Shown here piece after piece: positions 30,237 through 40,385 of a DNA stretch of 64,000 nt. Numbering within the stretch: position 1 is the first letter of the stretch; each line of letters opens with the position of its first letter. The notes beneath the pieces are model-generated. The model was not told the origin of the DNA. It worked only from the letters and a program-made list of their open reading frames with translations, and did not search any database. The position numbers were made by a program, and so were the translations under genes. The stretch comes from an uncultured Chloroflexia bacterium (lineage in GTDB: Bacteria > Chloroflexota > Limnocylindria > Limnocylindrales > CSP1-4), in contig CAVYBU010000027.1 of assembly GCA_963766735.1 (NCBI GenBank), positions 1-64,000 on the forward strand, given 5' to 3'.

Positions 30237-31769
30237 ATGCCCGCGCCCGCGCCCGCCCTTACGCCCACGCCCACCCGCCGCTCGCCAATCCTCGCCGCGA
30301 CGGTGGGAGTGGCCCAGCACGTGTCGATCCATCGGACGCGGCCGGCGCTGGTGGCCATCGTGGTGGCCATCGCCCTGGTTGTCACGGCTGTCCTGGGTTC
30401 CGGGCCTGCGCCCGCCCTTGGTGCCACGACCCTGACGGCGAAGTGCACCTCCAACCTGCGGACCAGGGCGACCACGTCCTCCCAGCGGCGGGTCACGATC
30501 CCGGCGGGCACCCGCCTGGTGGTGACAGCCACCGTCACCGGCGGGCGATGGTCCGTCAGCTGCGGCGGCCGTTTCTCGAGCAACCGCTGGTACCGCATCT
30601 CGTCGATCAACGGGAAGTCGGTCAAGGCCCGCTACGGGATCAGCTACCTCTACATCGCGACGGGGCTCGTCCGTACCGCCGCCCCGACCGCAACGGCCAA
30701 GACGATGACGGCGAAGTGCACCTCCAACCTGCGGACCAGGGCGACCACGTCCTCCCAGCGGCGGGTCACGATCCCGGCGGGCACCCGCCTGGTGGTGACA
30801 GCCACCGTCACCGGCGGGCGATGGTCCGTCAGCTGCGGCGGCCGTTTCTCGAGCAACCGCTGGTACCGCATCTCGTCGATCAACGGGAAATCGGTCAAGG
30901 CCCGCTACGGGATCAGCTACCTCTACATCGCCACGAGCCTTGCTCGCGCCTACGTGGCCCCCGCGCCGGCCCCCGCGCCCACGCCGACTCCCAAGCCGAC
31001 CCCCACGCCGGCCCCGACGCCCACGCCGACACCCAGCCCCACGCCAACCTGGATCGAGGGCATCGACGTCAGCCACTGGCAGGGGACCATCAACTGGACG
31101 AAGGTCGCCGCGGCCGGCAAGCGGTTCGCGTTCCTCAAGGCCTCCGAGGCGACCGACTACGTCGACACCACCTACCCGACCAACCGGGCGCGCGCCAACG
31201 CCGCGGGGATCCTGGTGGGGGCCTACCACTTCGCGCGCCCGGCCGCGCCGCTGAGCTCTGTGACCGCCGGGGGAGACGCGACCGCCGCCGAGGGTGACGC
31301 GATCGCCGCCCAGGCCGTGACCGCCGCCGAGGTTGACGCGATCGCGGAGGCGGACCACTTCGTCGGCACCGCGGCACCCAGGCGTGGGGATCTGCTCCCG
31401 GTCCTGGACCTCGAGACCACGGGGGGTCTTGACGTCCCCACCCTCCAGGTCTGGGTCCGGGCGTTCATGGAGCGCGTCCACGAGCGCACTGGGATCCGCG
31501 CGATGATCTACGTCTCGCCGTCGTTCTGGAAGACGTACATGGGCGACACGAGGTGGTTCGCGGACAACGGGTACCCGGTCCTGTGGATCGCGCACTGGAC
31601 GACCGCGACCCAGCCCGCGATGCCGGCCTCGAACTGGGGCGGCGACGGCTGGACGTTCTGGCAGTACACGTCCAGCGGTCACGTCGATGGCATCGGTGAC
31701 GGCGTAACGACGCGCGTGGACCTGAACCGCTACCGCTACAAGGACTTCACGCCCGCGCTCGTGCCCTGA
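30237..31769 (+). CDS. Secreted GH25 lysozyme with two N-terminal SH3-like repeats
   Basis: GIDVSHWQG, FLKASE, GAYHFA, VLDLE, LWIAHW, WTFWQYT, VDLN; duplicated NLR..WYRI modules. Confidence 0.92.
   Translation: MPAPAPALTPTPTRRSPILAATVGVAQHVSIHRTRPALVAIVVAIALVVTAVLGSGPAPALGATTLTAKCTSNLRTRATTSSQRRVTIPAGTRLVVTATVTGGRWSVSCGGRFSSNRWYRISSINGKSVKARYGISYLYIATGLVRTAAPTATAKTMTAKCTSNLRTRATTSSQRRVTIPAGTRLVVTATVTGGRWSVSCGGRFSSNRWYRISSINGKSVKARYGISYLYIATSLARAYVAPAPAPAPTPTPKPTPTPAPTPTPTPSPTPTWIEGIDVSHWQGTINWTKVAAAGKRFAFLKASEATDYVDTTYPTNRARANAAGILVGAYHFARPAAPLSSVTAGGDATAAEGDAIAAQAVTAAEVDAIAEADHFVGTAAPRRGDLLPVLDLETTGGLDVPTLQVWVRAFMERVHERTGIRAMIYVSPSFWKTYMGDTRWFADNGYPVLWIAHWTTATQPAMPASNWGGDGWTFWQYTSSGHVDGIGDGVTTRVDLNRYRYKDFTPALVP
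30433..30931 (+). repeat. Direct repeat, 2 x 226 bp, period 273 bp
   Basis: 30433-30658 vs 30706-30931; only one (synonymous AAG/AAA) difference seen. Confidence 0.95.
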
Positions 31770-31833
31770 TCGGGGAGCCGGCCTCCCCAGCAGAGCCGGC
31801 CTCCCAGCCAGAGCCGATAGACTGCTCGGCACG

Positions 31834-33615
31834 ATGGAGTCGAGCGCCATGACCGCGTCCCCGCACCGCCACGATGGCACGCGACCGGGCCCCAACGCGC
31901 TCATCGACCTGATCCGCGCCTCGGTCATCGGGGAGGACGAGGCGGTCGCAGGACCGTACGGGATCCGCCGCGTGACGTACGCGGACTACACGGCGTCCGG
32001 CCGCAGCCTCTCGTTCCTCGAGGACTACATCCGCGAGGCGGTCCTGCCGCTGTACGCGAACACCCACACCGAGAGCTCCGGCACGGGGCTCCAGACCAGC
32101 CGCTTCCGCGAGGAGGCACGCCGCCTGGTGCTCGAGGGCGTGGGCGGGGACCCGGAGCGGCACGCGGTCATCTTCGTGGGTTCCGGCTCCACCGCTGCGA
32201 TCAACCGCCTGGTGGACGTGCTCCAGCTGCGTCTTCCGGCCGACCTCGCAGACCAGTGGGACCTGCGCGCGCACATCCCGGCCGACCAGCGCCCGGTCGT
32301 GTTCATCGGCCCCTATGAGCACCACAGCAACGAGCTGCCGTGGCGAGAGTCGATCGCGGACGTGATCACGATCCACGAGGACCGCGACGGCGAGATCGAC
32401 CTCGCGCAGCTTGCCGAGGAGCTCGTCCGGTACGCGGACCGGCCCCTGAAGATCGGCAGCTTCTCGGCTGCGTCCAACGTGACCGGCATCGTGTCCGACA
32501 CGGCTGCCATATCGCGGCTCCTCCACGAGCACGGGTCGCTGTCCTTCTTCGATTTCGCGGCCGCGGCGCCCTATGTCGAGATCCAGATGGACCCGGCGGA
32601 CGATGCGCAGGCGTCCATGGACGCGGTGTTCATCAGCCCGCACAAGTTCATCGGCGGACCGGGCACGCCCGGGGTGCTGGTGGCGCGCCGGGACCTCTTT
32701 CGCAACCGGGTGCCGAGCATGCCCGGAGGCGGCACCGTCGCCTACGTCAACACGGTCGAGCACGTGTACCTCACCGAGATCGAGCACCGCGAGGAGGGCG
32801 GCACGCCGGCCATCGTGGAGTCGATCCGCGCCGGCCTCGTGTTCGGGCTCAAGGCCGCGGTGGGCACCGAGGCGATCCGGGAGCGCGAGGCGGACTTCAT
32901 CGGCCGGGCCCTTCATCGCTGGGGGACCAATCCCGCCATCGAGATCCTCGGCAGCCACCAGGCGGAGCGCCTCTCGATCGTCTCGTTCGTCGTCCGCCGG
33001 GAGGGCAAGTACCTGCACCACAACTTCGTGGTGGCGCTGCTCAACGACCTGTTCGGGATCCAGTCCCGGGGCGGGTGCTCGTGCGCCGGGCCGTATGGAC
33101 ACCGGCTGCTGGGCATCGACGTCGCGACCAGCCACGAGTTCGAGCGCGAGATCACCCGCGGCTGCGAGGGGATCAAGCCCGGCTGGGTGCGGGTGAACTT
33201 CAACTACTTCATCGGCGAGGAGGTGTTCGACTTCATCCTGGATGCCGTGGACCTGGTGGCGAGCGAGGGCTGGCGACTGCTGCCCGATTACGCGTTCGAC
33301 CCCGCGACCGGTCTCTGGCGCAACCGGGCGGGCCTGCCGGAGCCGCCGCTCTCGCTCCGCGACATCCGCTATGACGACGGCGCGATGACGTGGGCAGCGC
33401 ACCGGCACCGGGAGCCGGTCGGCCGCCTGGAGGAGTACCTGGACGAGGCACGGGTGCTGCTCGCCCGACCACCGAGGGCGCTCGCCTCGCCGACGATCGT
33501 CCCGGGCGAGGTCGGGCCCGACTTCGAGGACTTGCGGTGGTTTCTCTTCCCGGAGGACGTGTCGCCGGCTGAGGCGGACATGCCGCCCATCGAGGCGGGC
33601 GCAGGCGATGGCTGA
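31834..33615 (+). CDS. Class V PLP aminotransferase (cysteine desulfurase-like)
   Basis: YADYTASGR, YANTHTE, EHHSN, ASNVTG, SPHKFIGG, EEGGTP, SRGGCSCAG. Confidence 0.92.
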   Translation: MESSAMTASPHRHDGTRPGPNALIDLIRASVIGEDEAVAGPYGIRRVTYADYTASGRSLSFLEDYIREAVLPLYANTHTESSGTGLQTSRFREEARRLVLEGVGGDPERHAVIFVGSGSTAAINRLVDVLQLRLPADLADQWDLRAHIPADQRPVVFIGPYEHHSNELPWRESIADVITIHEDRDGEIDLAQLAEELVRYADRPLKIGSFSAASNVTGIVSDTAAISRLLHEHGSLSFFDFAAAAPYVEIQMDPADDAQASMDAVFISPHKFIGGPGTPGVLVARRDLFRNRVPSMPGGGTVAYVNTVEHVYLTEIEHREEGGTPAIVESIRAGLVFGLKAAVGTEAIREREADFIGRALHRWGTNPAIEILGSHQAERLSIVSFVVRREGKYLHHNFVVALLNDLFGIQSRGGCSCAGPYGHRLLGIDVATSHEFEREITRGCEGIKPGWVRVNFNYFIGEEVFDFILDAVDLVASEGWRLLPDYAFDPATGLWRNRAGLPEPPLSLRDIRYDDGAMTWAAHRHREPVGRLEEYLDEARVLLARPPRALASPTIVPGEVGPDFEDLRWFLFPEDVSPAEADMPPIEAGAGDG

Positions 33616-35029
33616 TCGCACCCTCGCGGTCCTCGGCCTGGACGTCGGGACGACCGAAGCCAAGGCTGCCCTCGTCGGGCTGGACGGGCGCCTCCTTGGC
33701 CTGGGCCGCGCGGCGTACCCGATGGACCTGGGGCCGGGCGGCCGCGCCGAGCAGGACCCGCACCTGTGGCGGGACGGCCTGGCCGAGGCCGTCGCCACGT
33801 TGGAGCCGGTCGCCGCGGGCGGCCCCGAGGCGCCCGAGATCCTCGCGATCTGCTGCGTCTCACAAGGCCCGACGCTGGTCGCGGTGGACGAGGCGGGCGA
33901 GCCCGTGCGCCCGGCGATCACGTGGCAGGACCGGCGGGCCGGAGGCACCGGGTTCGGGCTGCTGCCGAAGATGGCCTGGCTTGCGCGCGAGGATCCGGAA
34001 GCCGCGGCGCGGGCGGCATGGCTGGTGCCGGCCTGGGACGCGATGGGCCTGTGGCTCAGCGGGGAGGCGGCCTCATCCCTCCAGGGTCACGAGACGGTGC
34101 CGTCCGGCGCGGAGCTCGCGGACGCCGGGGTTCGGGCCTCGCAGGTGCCTCCGGCGCGGCCGTTCGGGGCCCGGCTGGGCTCGCTGACCGCCGCCGCCGC
34201 AGAAGTCCTGGGCCTGCGCGCCGGGATCCCGGTGGTCTCCGGCGTCAACGACGGGGCGGCCTCGATGCTGGGCGCAGGCCTCCGTGCGGCAGGCGACGCC
34301 GTGGACACGGGCGGCACGTCCGGGGGCATCGCGATCTACGCCGACCACCCGATCACGCTCCCGGTCGCGGGCCTCTACCAGGCGCCGGCGCCGCTGCCCG
34401 GGCGCTGGGCGGTGGGCGGTGCGATGGCCGCGCTGGGGGCGTCCGTGGGCTGGCTGCGGAGCTCCGTGCTGGGCGACCGGTGGTCCCCGGAGGAGCTGTT
34501 CGCCGAGGCGGCGTCCGTGCCGGCCGGGGCGGATGGCCTGATCTTCCTGCCCTACCTGGCGGGGGAGCGGGCCCCGATCTTCGACGAGGCGGCGCGCGGG
34601 GCGTTCGTCGGCCTGACGCTGGCCCACGGCCGCGCCCACCTGTTCCGCGCCGTGCTGGAGGGTGCCGCGTTCGCGATGCGCCACGTGGCCGAGCCGCTGG
34701 CGGCGGCGGGGGCACCCGCATTGGAGCTCCGCCTGGCCGGTCGGCCAAGCCCCGGCGACCTCTGGGCACGCATCAAGGCGGATGTGCTGGGCGTGCCGGC
34801 GGTGATCCCGGCCGTCGGCGAGACCGCGGTCCTGGGCGCGGCGATCATCGCGGCCGCGGGCGTGGGGGCGGTGCCGTCGCTGGAAGCGGGCGTGGCGTCG
34901 ATGGTGTCGATCGCCCGGCGACTGGAGCCGGACCCCGCGACGCGGGCGGCGTACGACGGGGCCTTCGACGTCTACCGGGCGCTCTATCCGGCGCTGAGGC
35001 CGCTGCAGCGGGACGATGGGGCCCGGTAG
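33608..35029 (+). CDS. FGGY family carbohydrate kinase (xylulokinase-like)
   Basis: GLDVGTTEAK, AEQDP, WQDRR, FLPYLAGERAP, RAVLEG, IKADVLG. Confidence 0.92.
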   Translation: MADRTLAVLGLDVGTTEAKAALVGLDGRLLGLGRAAYPMDLGPGGRAEQDPHLWRDGLAEAVATLEPVAAGGPEAPEILAICCVSQGPTLVAVDEAGEPVRPAITWQDRRAGGTGFGLLPKMAWLAREDPEAAARAAWLVPAWDAMGLWLSGEAASSLQGHETVPSGAELADAGVRASQVPPARPFGARLGSLTAAAAEVLGLRAGIPVVSGVNDGAASMLGAGLRAAGDAVDTGGTSGGIAIYADHPITLPVAGLYQAPAPLPGRWAVGGAMAALGASVGWLRSSVLGDRWSPEELFAEAASVPAGADGLIFLPYLAGERAPIFDEAARGAFVGLTLAHGRAHLFRAVLEGAAFAMRHVAEPLAAAGAPALELRLAGRPSPGDLWARIKADVLGVPAVIPAVGETAVLGAAIIAAAGVGAVPSLEAGVASMVSIARRLEPDPATRAAYDGAFDVYRALYPALRPLQRDDGAR

Positions 35030-35098
35030 TCCCCTGACGCAGAGCCGCTGGCGGTCACGCGGACTCCGCGGCGGCGCGGTGATAGCATCCGCGCCAGA

Positions 35099-35262
35099 GC
35101 CTTCGGGGCAGGGTGCGATTCCCGACCGGTGGTAGGGTCCCGAAACGCGGGACGAGCCCACGAGCGGCGCAGCGGCAACAGGGTCCGCGGCGTGCAGCAG
35201 ATCCGAAGACGAGGTCCGCCTCGTCCGCCGGAGCCGACGGTACAGTCCGGATGAGAGAAGGC
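35099..35262 (+). promoter_or_regulatory. FMN riboswitch (RFN element), structurally variant
   Basis: cttcggggcagggtgcgattcccgaccggtggt..agcccacgagc..gatc..cggagccgacggtacagtccggatgagagaagg; P1 gccttc/gaaggc; upstream of a vitamin-type ABC transporter. Confidence 0.93.
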
Positions 35263-35342
35263 CAGGGCCGGCACGAGCCGCCGCGGTTCGTGCACGTGCG
35301 CCTCCTGCCCCGTGCTGCTCGATGCATGTACGGAGGTGGTCG

Positions 35343-36296
35343 ATGGCGACGCAGGAGGCCCCCGCAGCGGGATCGCCCGCGCTCGCGCATGTCCACGCCC
35401 CCGTCCCGCCTGCCGGCATCAGAGTCGACGGCGTCTCGCTGACCTTCCGCGGCGCCCGCACGACCCACGTCCTGGACGACATCGATCTCGCCCTCCGGCC
35501 GCGCGAGGTGGTCGCGCTCATCGGCCCCAACGGCTGCGGCAAGAGCACGCTCCTGCGGGTCCTGGGCGGGCTGATCCCCGCCGACGCCGGCGCCGTGACC
35601 ATCGACGGGGACCCCGTGACGGGCCCGGACCCTCGGGTCGGGCTCGTGTTCCAGGAGCCACGACTGCTCTCCTGGCGGTCGGCGGAGGACAACGTCCGCT
35701 TCCCGATGGAGCTCGCGGGCTGGTCGAAGGCGCGCCAGGCGGCGCGGGCGGAGGACCTCCTGGGCCTCGTGGGCCTGCGGGAGTTCGCGGGCGCCCGTCC
35801 GTCGACCCTGTCCGGTGGCACGCGGCAGCGGGTGTCCATCGCCCGAGCCCTCGCGCTGGAACCCAGCCTCCTGCTGCTGGACGAGCCGTTCAGCGCGCTC
35901 GACGCCCTGACCCGCGAGCGCTTCAACGTGGAGCTGCTCCGCCTGTGGGATCGCACGGGGACCACGATCGTCCTCGTCACCCACAGCATCCCGGAGGCGG
36001 TGTTCCTCGCGGACCGCGTGGTCGTCCTCTCGCCGCGCCCCGCCCGGGTGGTTGCGGACATCCGGGTGGAGCTGCCGCGACCGCGTCGTGTCGCGGACCT
36101 GGATTCCGCGTTCGTGTCCCACCTGGCCGCAGAGGTTCGGACCCACCTCGTGGACACCACCGACGACAGCATCGCGATGGAGGAGGCCCGGTCCGCCATC
36201 GAGGCAGGTGTCACTCCGGGTCGGGCCCGTCACGCGGAGACCGCGCCGGGCACTCCCGCCTGGTTCGACCCGTTCCGCCCGGAGGACGAGGCGTGA
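35343..36296 (+). CDS. NitT/TauT-family ABC ATP-binding protein (riboflavin uptake inferred)
   Basis: GPNGCGKS, LSGG, LLDEPFSALD; follows the FMN riboswitch. Confidence 0.93.
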   Translation: MATQEAPAAGSPALAHVHAPVPPAGIRVDGVSLTFRGARTTHVLDDIDLALRPREVVALIGPNGCGKSTLLRVLGGLIPADAGAVTIDGDPVTGPDPRVGLVFQEPRLLSWRSAEDNVRFPMELAGWSKARQAARAEDLLGLVGLREFAGARPSTLSGGTRQRVSIARALALEPSLLLLDEPFSALDALTRERFNVELLRLWDRTGTTIVLVTHSIPEAVFLADRVVVLSPRPARVVADIRVELPRPRRVADLDSAFVSHLAAEVRTHLVDTTDDSIAMEEARSAIEAGVTPGRARHAETAPGTPAWFDPFRPEDEA

Positions 36297-37048
36297 GGCG
36301 CGGCGCCGGCTTCGTGCTTCCCGTTGTCGCCAGCCTCATCGTGTTCGTGCTCGTCTGGCAGCTGGTCGTGTTCGTCACCGGCTACCAGTCGTTCATCCTG
36401 CCCGGTCCGTACACCGTGCTCGAGCGGTTCACGATGGCCTGGGCCGACGGCACGATGTGGCCCCACACGCAGACGACCCTGGTGGAGGTCCTGCTGGGCT
36501 TCGCGATCGGCGCGACCATCGGGCTGGTCACCGGCATCGGCCTCGCACGCTCCCGCCTGGCGGAGCGGCTCCTGAGCCCCTACCTCGTGGCCGCCCAGGC
36601 AACGCCGGTCCTCGTCCTGGCGCCGCTCATCGTCCTCTGGTTCGGCAGCGGGCTGGCGTCCAAGCTCGTCATCTGCACCCTGATCGTCTTCTTCCCGGTT
36701 GCCGTGGCCACGATGGTCGGCATCCGGTCCGTGGACCCGCGGCTGCTGGAGATGGCGAGCAGCTTCCGCGCCACCAGCTGGCAGACGATCACCCGCGTAG
36801 AGGTCCCGGCCGCCCTGCCCGCGATCCTCGGCGGTCTCCGCGTCGGCATCACGCTGGCCGTCATCGGTGCCATCGTCGGCGAGTGGGCCGGCGGCGAGTC
36901 CGGGCTCGGCGTGCTGATCAACATCGCCCGAGGCTCCCTGTTCGACATCCCGCTCATGTTCGCCGCCCTGCTCACGCTCGCGCTGGTCGGGGTGGCGCTG
37001 TATCTCGTCATGGTCCTCGTCGAGCGCCGGCTGGTCGGCGAGCGATGA
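36293..37048 (+). CDS. ribX: ABC permease, RibX-like
   Basis: ILPGP, PAALPAILGGLR, GAIVGEW; symbol inferred from riboswitch context. Confidence 0.85.
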   Translation: MRRGAGFVLPVVASLIVFVLVWQLVVFVTGYQSFILPGPYTVLERFTMAWADGTMWPHTQTTLVEVLLGFAIGATIGLVTGIGLARSRLAERLLSPYLVAAQATPVLVLAPLIVLWFGSGLASKLVICTLIVFFPVAVATMVGIRSVDPRLLEMASSFRATSWQTITRVEVPAALPAILGGLRVGITLAVIGAIVGEWAGGESGLGVLINIARGSLFDIPLMFAALLTLALVGVALYLVMVLVERRLVGER

Positions 37049-38133
37049 GCCACGCCCCCCGCGCCCAGGAGGTCCCGATCAAAGTGGTCCAGTCGTCGCG
37101 CCGCACCGCCCTTCAACCGCTCGCCGCCCTGGCGACCGTCGCCGCGCTCATGGTCGCCGCATGCGGAGGGAGTTCCGCATCCCCGTCCGCATCCCCGTCC
37201 GCGTCCCTCATGCCCTCCCCGGCCGTGGAGCCCGTCCCGCTCACGGTGGGCCTGGGCTACATCCCGAGCGTCCAGTTCGCCCAGTTCTACCTCGCCCAGC
37301 AGGCCGGCTACTACGCCGATGCGGGCCTGGAGGTCACGCTCGAGAACAAGATCGACCCGGACCTCATCACGCTCCTGGGCCAGGGCGCGGTGGACATCGG
37401 TAGCGGCGACGGCACGTCCGTGATCCCTGCCGTCAGCCAGGGAATCCCGGTCGTGTACACCGCCACGCTGTACGGCACGTTCCCGGCGGTCGTCGTGGCG
37501 AACGCCGCGTCAGGCATCAGGACTGCCGCGGACCTCAAGGGCAAGACGATCGGGATCCCGGGCAAGTACGGCACGTCCTGGATCCAGCTCCAGGCGCTGC
37601 TCCAGTCCGCGGGCCTCACCACCGACGACGTGGAGATCCAGCTCTTCCCGGACTACGGGCAGACGGCGGCCCTCCAGCAGGGTGCGGTCGATGCCGCGAC
37701 GGGCTTCGCCAACAACGAGCCGATCGTGCTGAAGCGCGCCGGCATCGAGACCGTGGTCCTGGGGATCGACGACAGCATCGCGCTGCCGGGGCCGGGCCTC
37801 GTGACGGGAACCGCGACGCTGGCGTCCAAGCACGACGCCCTCGCCGCCTTCACCGCCGCGACGCTGCGCGCCATGGAGGAGATCACCGCCGACCCGCAGA
37901 AGGGCCTGGACGCGACGTTCGCCAGCGTGCCGGACCTGGCGACAGACCCCGCGCTGCAGCGCGAGATCCTGGACGCGACGATCGCCACCTGGAAGAACCC
38001 GCGGACCGGCGGGGCTCTCGGGTCGATCGACCGCGCCGGGTGGCAGCAGTCGCTGGACTTCATGAGCGGGCTGGGCCTGGTGCCGAACGCGATCACCGTG
38101 GACCAGCTGGTGGACGAGTCGCTGCTGCCCTGA
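37045..38133 (+). CDS. ribY: NMT1/THI5-like substrate-binding lipoprotein, RibY-like
   Basis: Lipobox VAAC, GYIPSVQFAQFYLA, DLKGKTIG, GFANNEP; symbol inferred from context. Confidence 0.85.
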   Translation: MSHAPRAQEVPIKVVQSSRRTALQPLAALATVAALMVAACGGSSASPSASPSASLMPSPAVEPVPLTVGLGYIPSVQFAQFYLAQQAGYYADAGLEVTLENKIDPDLITLLGQGAVDIGSGDGTSVIPAVSQGIPVVYTATLYGTFPAVVVANAASGIRTAADLKGKTIGIPGKYGTSWIQLQALLQSAGLTTDDVEIQLFPDYGQTAALQQGAVDAATGFANNEPIVLKRAGIETVVLGIDDSIALPGPGLVTGTATLASKHDALAAFTAATLRAMEEITADPQKGLDATFASVPDLATDPALQREILDATIATWKNPRTGGALGSIDRAGWQQSLDFMSGLGLVPNAITVDQLVDESLLP

Positions 38134-38159
38134 GGGGGCCGTTCGAGGCCGTCGTCGAA

Positions 38160-38191
38160 GAAGCCGGGTCCCCGTCGGAGGACCCGGCTTC
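38160..38191. terminator. Hairpin between convergent genes
   Basis: 12-bp stem gaagccgggtcc/ggacccggcttc. Confidence 0.75.
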
Positions 38192-38240
38192 GGCTGTGTC
38201 GCCCGGGCGTGTCGCCCGGGCCTCTGTCCTGGCGCCGAGC

Positions 38241-39267
38241 TCAGGCGCCGCTGTCGGTGTAGACGAGCGTTCCCTGGTCGCGTCAGCGTGATCGTCAGCT
38301 GGTTACCCGCGACGGCGTAGCTCGCCGCCGTGCCGATCCCGATGATGTACAGGTCGGAGTACGAGCCGTCTGCGCAGGCCACCGTCGTGGTGGGCCCGGG
38401 GGTGATCGTCAGATCCCCCGCCGCCGTGGCCGTGTAGCCGCCGTTGACGGTGTTGCAGTCGGCCTTGGCGGAGAACGTCCCGTCGGTCATGAACTCGATC
38501 GTGTAGTTCGCCTGCTGGTCGGGGGGCACCACGCCCTGGAAGGCCGGGTCCCTCAGCGTGATCGCCGTCAGCTGCCAGGCCTTGCCCGTGAGGTCGCCGC
38601 CCGGCGTCGGTGTCGCCGTCGGTGCCGGGGTCGGCTTGGGCGTCGGCGCCGGGGTGGGGGCGACCGTCGGCTTCGACGTGGGGGCCCCCGTGGGCGTCGC
38701 GGTCGGCTTGGCAGTCGGCGTCGGTGACGGGGTCGGCTTCGCCGTTGGCGTGGGGGTCGGCTTGGCCGTTGGGCTGGCGGTCGGCTGCTCGGTCGGCTGC
38801 TCGGTCGGCGGTTCGGTGGCCGCGGGTGTGGGCCCACCGGGGATGCCCACGACGAAGGTCATCGTGCCCTCGTCGTTCAGGGTGATCGTCAGCGTGTCGT
38901 CTGTGATCACGTAGTTCTTCGCGCGGGTCAGACCGTGAGCGAACAGGTCGCCGAACGATCCCTCCGGGCACAGGGCGAGCGTCGAGATCCCGGGGTTGAT
39001 CGTCAGGCTGTCCCGGCGGTTCGTCTCCCAGGTGCCCGCGATCTGGTTGCAGTCGGCCGTCCCGCGGTACTTCCCGTCGTCGTTGAAGGTGATGACGTAC
39101 TTGCCCTGGTTCTCGGGCGCGATGACGCCCTGGTACGCCGGCACCTTCTCGGTGATCGCGGTCAGCTGCCAGTCCCTGCCCGTGAGCTGGTCCGAGCTGC
39201 TCGAGCCGCAGGCGGCCACGATGGCGGCCGCGGCGGCGGCAAGCGCGATGAGCGTGATCTTTCGCAT
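38241..39267 (-). CDS. META-domain lipoprotein, two domains with PT linker (frameshift near 38280)
   Basis: Lipobox VAAC; twice LTG..WQLTAIT..ADCN..TT.AC; end DQGTLVYTDSGA* restored by removing one base. Confidence 0.85.
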
Positions 39268-39430
39268 GCAGCTGCTCCTGGTGTGGTGTTCGGTGTCCGT
39301 TGAGTACTTGAACCGGCGCCGACGACTTGCTCAGCCGGTTGCGGCAAGCCGAAGGATGTGCATAAGCGCGCGGAGCCGGGCGGTTGATGCGTCCGCGGCG
39401 CCACCGGCGCCACGGGGTAGAGTTGCACGG

Positions 39431-39505
39431 GGGCCCGTAGCTCAGCGGTAGAGCAGGGGACTTTTAATCCCTTGGTCCTGGGTTCGAATCCCAGCGGGCT
39501 CACCA
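39431..39505 (+). tRNA. tRNA-Lys(TTT)
   Basis: GGGCCCG/CGGGCTC acceptor, GGGGA-CTTTTAA-TCCCT anticodon arm, GGTTCGAATCC, CCA. Confidence 0.97.
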
Positions 39506-39611
39506 CGCTCCGGATCGGGCGCGGGACGGCCCCTCCGGGCGATCCGGAGGGGCTGGAAACCTGCGCCGGCCGAGTCGGCGATCCCTTCCACGGGTGCCAG
39601 CGGCCCAGAGA

Positions 39612-40385
39612 CTACGGGGCCGGGACGAGCGTGATCTGGTTCTCGCCGCCGGCGGCCTTCAGGGTGAGGATGTTGCCCGTCTGGTCGAACGTCGTCGAGG
39701 CCTGGAGAGCCGCCAGGAACTGCTGCTCCTGCTGGTTCACCGCCTCGTCGGCGCACGCCCGCATCGTCGAGGCGAGGGGGCCGATCTTGAGGGTGGTGCC
39801 GTCGAGCGTGTACCCACCGCTGTACTCGTTGCAGCCTGCGGATCCCGAGACCTGGTCGGCCGTGAAGATCGCGGTGAGCATGCTGCCTTCGACCGGCGAG
39901 ACGACGGCCTGATTGCCGTTGTTGTAGCCGGTGACGTCCCACGACCCCTCGAGCGGGTTCGCGGCGGCGGCGGCGTAGACCAGGATCGACTTGCCGGAGC
40001 CGTCGAACAGGGTCAGCGCGTCGCTGGTGGCGGTGAAGGTGGCAGCATTGGCCAGGTTGGCGAGATATGCCTGCTCCAGCGCGGTCTTGTCCGGGTCGCA
40101 GGCCATCGCCGTGGTCGCAGCGGGCCCGACCTTGATCGTCGCGTCGGAGATCGTCACCGCGGCGTTGTAGACGTTGCAGCCCGAGAATCCGCTGACCTTG
40201 CCGTCGGCGAACTTCGCATCGACCCGCGTCCCATCCGGGACGGCGGTGGCGGTCCCGGAGACGTCGTACGTCGTGAGGGCCCAGCTGGTTCCGTCGATCG
40301 TCCCGCCGGTCCCACCGGAGGCCGAACAGGCGGTGACGGTAACGGCGATGGCCGCGATGGCCAGTCCGGTCATGATCTTGCGCAT
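39612..40385 (-). CDS. META-domain lipoprotein, two domains
   Basis: Lipobox VTAC; SGFSGCN..TTAMAC and SGSAGCN..STMRAC. Confidence 0.9.
   Translation of the reverse strand: MRKIMTGLAIAAIAVTVTACSASGGTGGTIDGTSWALTTYDVSGTATAVPDGTRVDAKFADGKVSGFSGCNVYNAAVTISDATIKVGPAATTAMACDPDKTALEQAYLANLANAATFTATSDALTLFDGSGKSILVYAAAAANPLEGSWDVTGYNNGNQAVVSPVEGSMLTAIFTADQVSGSAGCNEYSGGYTLDGTTLKIGPLASTMRACADEAVNQQEQQFLAALQASTTFDQTGNILTLKAAGGENQITLVPAP

Noticed and set aside
31776-31816. Short imperfect tandem repeat agccggcctccc(c)agc
   Set aside because: About 2.5 copies with no spacers; likely slippage
37510-38240. Extension of the META ORF antisense across the RibY-like gene
   Set aside because: Artefact of the insertion near 38280; the natural stop is at 38241
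38600-38830. Repetitive DNA in Pro/Thr linkers (also 30960-31050, 54070-54200)
   Set aside because: Explained by low-complexity protein linkers
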